From Actinomycetota bacterium (lineage in GTDB: Bacteria; Actinomycetota; UBA4738; JBBDHU01): a stretch of DNA of 64,000 bases. Where the stretch lies: NCBI GenBank assembly GCA_040880465.1, contig JBBDIK010000011.1:103843-167842 (forward strand), written 5' to 3'. Each line of letters starts with the position of its first letter. Positions within the stretch are counted from its first letter, which is position 1. Below are positions 62,265-64,000 of the stretch, piece by piece. Below the pieces are notes generated by a model. The model made no database searches. It was not told where the DNA came from and was given only the letters and a program-made list of their open reading frames with translations. The position numbers were made by a program, and so were the translations under genes.

Positions 62265-64000
62265 CTCGCCATGAGGACCTCGTCCACGTACCCTACGGGC
62301 TTCAGTAGGTGGCGCACGAGCCGACCTTCCTCAACGAACCCGAACTTCCGGTACAGCGCCACGGCTGGCGCGTTGTCCGGATAGACGGAAAGCGCGATCC
62401 GAGCAACGCCGAACTCCTCCGCCCAGCGGAACGCCTCCACCATCAGAACCGACCCGATCCCCTTGCCGCGCCAGGGCTTCGCGATCCCCATCCCGAGGGT
62501 CGCGTTGTGGCGGTTCCGCTGCTCGACGCCTCGCGCGAGCGAGAGCAGGCCGATCACTTCGCTACCGTGCATCGCCAAGATCCACGCACCGCGCTCGTTC
62601 CACGCATCGCGGAACAGACCCCGATAGTGCCGGACGGGGTTACCGACGCGCTGGCTGTGGACGAAACCCTCCGCGACCACGCCCTGCCACATCGCGCTGA
62701 ACGAACGCGCGTCCTTCGGGCCGGCCGGGCGGACCAGGACACCTGGGGGCGGCTCGGCCGTCGGGATCGCCGGCGCGGCTCCGATCTCGAGCCGGTCCAG
62801 GTCCGTGTCGTCCTCGCGCCGGAACAGCAACCGGCTGCGGCCACCAGAGACGACCGCCACGGCCGGTTTCCCGACGCGGTTGTAGTTCGACGCCATCGAG
62901 TAGCCGTACGCCCCCGTGGCTGCGAAGGCCAGCAGGTCTCCTGGACGCAGGTCGTCCGGCAGCTCGACGTCCGTCGCCAGTACGTCGCCGGACTCGCAGT
63001 GTCGCCCCACCACCGTGGCCGTGGCTCGACCGCCGCTCCGGGGAGATCCCGCGTACGCCACCGTGTACTCCGCGCCGTAGAGGGCCGGACGGATGTTGTC
63101 CGACATCCCACCGTCGACCGCAACGAATGTACGCCCCGATGCAACCTCCTTGATCGACCCAACCCGGTAGAGGGTGCACACGCTGTTGGCGACGATCGAG
63201 CGCCCCGGTTCCACCATCACGTCGGGCACCGCGAGCCCGCGTGCGGCCGCGCAGGTCCTGACGTGTTCCAGCATCGTTGCGGCGATGTGCGGAAGCGCCT
63301 GCGGCATCTCACTGGTATACGTCACGCCGAACCCACCTCCCACGTCAAGGACCGGCGTTTCGATCCCAAGCGCGTCACGGATCTCGGCCAGGAGGTCGAA
63401 GAGCGTCTCGATCTCGGCCACGAAGGGGGACACGTCGAGTAGCTGAGAGCCGACGTGAGCATGAAGGCCGACGAAATGGACACCCTCGAGCGTGGTCGCG
63501 CGCTTGACCGCCGCGATCGCGCGACCCTCGGCGATCGGCGTCCCGAACTTCGAATCGAGCCCACCGGTGTCCAGGTACTCATGCGTGTCTCCCGAGACGC
63601 CGGGCGTCACCCGAAGCATGACCGGCTGCACGCGGCCGGCCTCCCGTGCGATGCGATCGATGCGGTCCAACTCGTCCGCGTGGTCGGCCATGAGGAACCC
63701 GACCTGCGCGCCGACGGCCATCCGGATCTCAGCATCGGACTTGTTGTTACCGTGCATCGCGATGGCGGACGGATCCGCGCCGGCGCGAAGGCACGCCTGC
63801 AGCTCGCCGCCGGTCGACGAGAGCAGACCGAGGCCCTCCTCCTGCGCGACGCGGACCATCAACCGCGACGTGAACGCTTTGACCGCATACATCGGCCGCG
63901 GGAACGCACCCGCGAACGCCCGGCACCGCGCACGGAAGTCGTCCTCGTCGAAGACCAGCAGGGGCGTTCCGTAGGTCGACGCGAGTCCCGCTGCGGAGAC
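62252..64000 (-). CDS. lysA: Diaminopimelate decarboxylase fused to a C-terminal GNAT acetyltransferase domain. Partial: the N-terminus lies beyond the window.
   Basis: LysA motifs (YAVKAF..., GGGFG, EPGRSIVA, CESGD) occupy about 400 aa. About 150 aa of GNAT fold follows (GIAKPWRGKGIGSVLM...YRKFGF). The frame is open to the window edge. Confidence 0.8.
   Translation of the reverse strand, partial: VSAAGLASTYGTPLLVFDEDDFRARCRAFAGAFPRPMYAVKAFTSRLMVRVAQEEGLGLLSSTGGELQACLRAGADPSAIAMHGNNKSDAEIRMAVGAQVGFLMADHADELDRIDRIAREAGRVQPVMLRVTPGVSGDTHEYLDTGGLDSKFGTPIAEGRAIAAVKRATTLEGVHFVGLHAHVGSQLLDVSPFVAEIETLFDLLAEIRDALGIETPVLDVGGGFGVTYTSEMPQALPHIAATMLEHVRTCAAARGLAVPDVMVEPGRSIVANSVCTLYRVGSIKEVASGRTFVAVDGGMSDNIRPALYGAEYTVAYAGSPRSGGRATATVVGRHCESGDVLATDVELPDDLRPGDLLAFAATGAYGYSMASNYNRVGKPAVAVVSGGRSRLLFRREDDTDLDRLEIGAAPAIPTAEPPPGVLVRPAGPKDARSFSAMWQGVVAEGFVHSQRVGNPVRHYRGLFRDAWNERGAWILAMHGSEVIGLLSLARGVEQRNRHNATLGMGIAKPWRGKGIGSVLMVEAFRWAEEFGVARIALSVYPDNAPAVALYRKFGFVEEGRLVRHLLKPVGYVDEVLMARWLQ

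Overview
This is a high-GC (~70%) chromosomal segment of actinobacterial type. Most genes lie on the minus strand and are tightly packed, with many ATGA/GTGA stop-start overlaps, so they read as translationally coupled operons. The conserved backbone has the order lysA-hom-thrC-thrB ... rho-rpmE ... prfA-prmC-tsaC ... wecA-atpIBEFHAGDC-murA, as in Mycobacterium/Corynebacterium-like Actinobacteria; this is recognised from memory of Mycobacterium tuberculosis gene order, not a search. Several islands are inserted into this backbone.

(i) 1-6.3 kb, plus strand: a complete corrinoid-dependent methyl-transfer module. It has two MttB-superfamily methyltransferase paralogs with no amber codon (non-pyrrolysine), a B12-binding corrinoid protein, a pterin-binding methyl-THF methyltransferase, a RamA-type reductive activase and a DUF1638 protein. 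Candidate operator palindromes sit in front of it.

(ii) 7.8-11 kb: a Fur-family (Zur-like) regulator and an ABC-3 metal uptake transporter, with a shared TTGCAA-N4-TTGCAA box at both promoters.

(iii) 12-21.5 kb: a membrane/protease block. It holds a YidD-domain fusion, a discoidin-domain protein, a zinc-ribbon membrane protein, a PrsW protease, a Zn-ADH flanked by two SCP2 proteins, a CPBP protease and a large polytopic membrane protein. It is coupled to murA and atpC.

(iv) The full F1Fo ATP synthase operon. AtpA carries a mycobacterial-type C-terminal extension. A CRP/GlxR-like site lies upstream. A 280-bp atpD-atpC spacer contains a tRNA-like element on the opposite strand.

(v) 30.5-40.2 kb: a polyamine cluster with potABCD, a class-III aminotransferase, a PLP decarboxylase and an agmatinase.

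(vi) 41.4-43.8 kb: glyA-rpiB and a low-molecular-weight phosphatase.

(vii) 50.6-59 kb: a carbohydrate/compatible-solute island between rho and thrB. It contains transaldolase/FSA and a 2-phosphoglycerate-kinase-like gene coupled to a cyclic-2,3-diphosphoglycerate-synthetase-like gene, which is the archaeal cDPG pair. It also has a metallophosphoesterase, a maltokinase-like kinase, a repetitive secreted protein and an amylo-1,6-glucosidase.

(viii) A LysA-GNAT fusion at the right edge.

No rRNA, CRISPR, transposase or integrase was seen.
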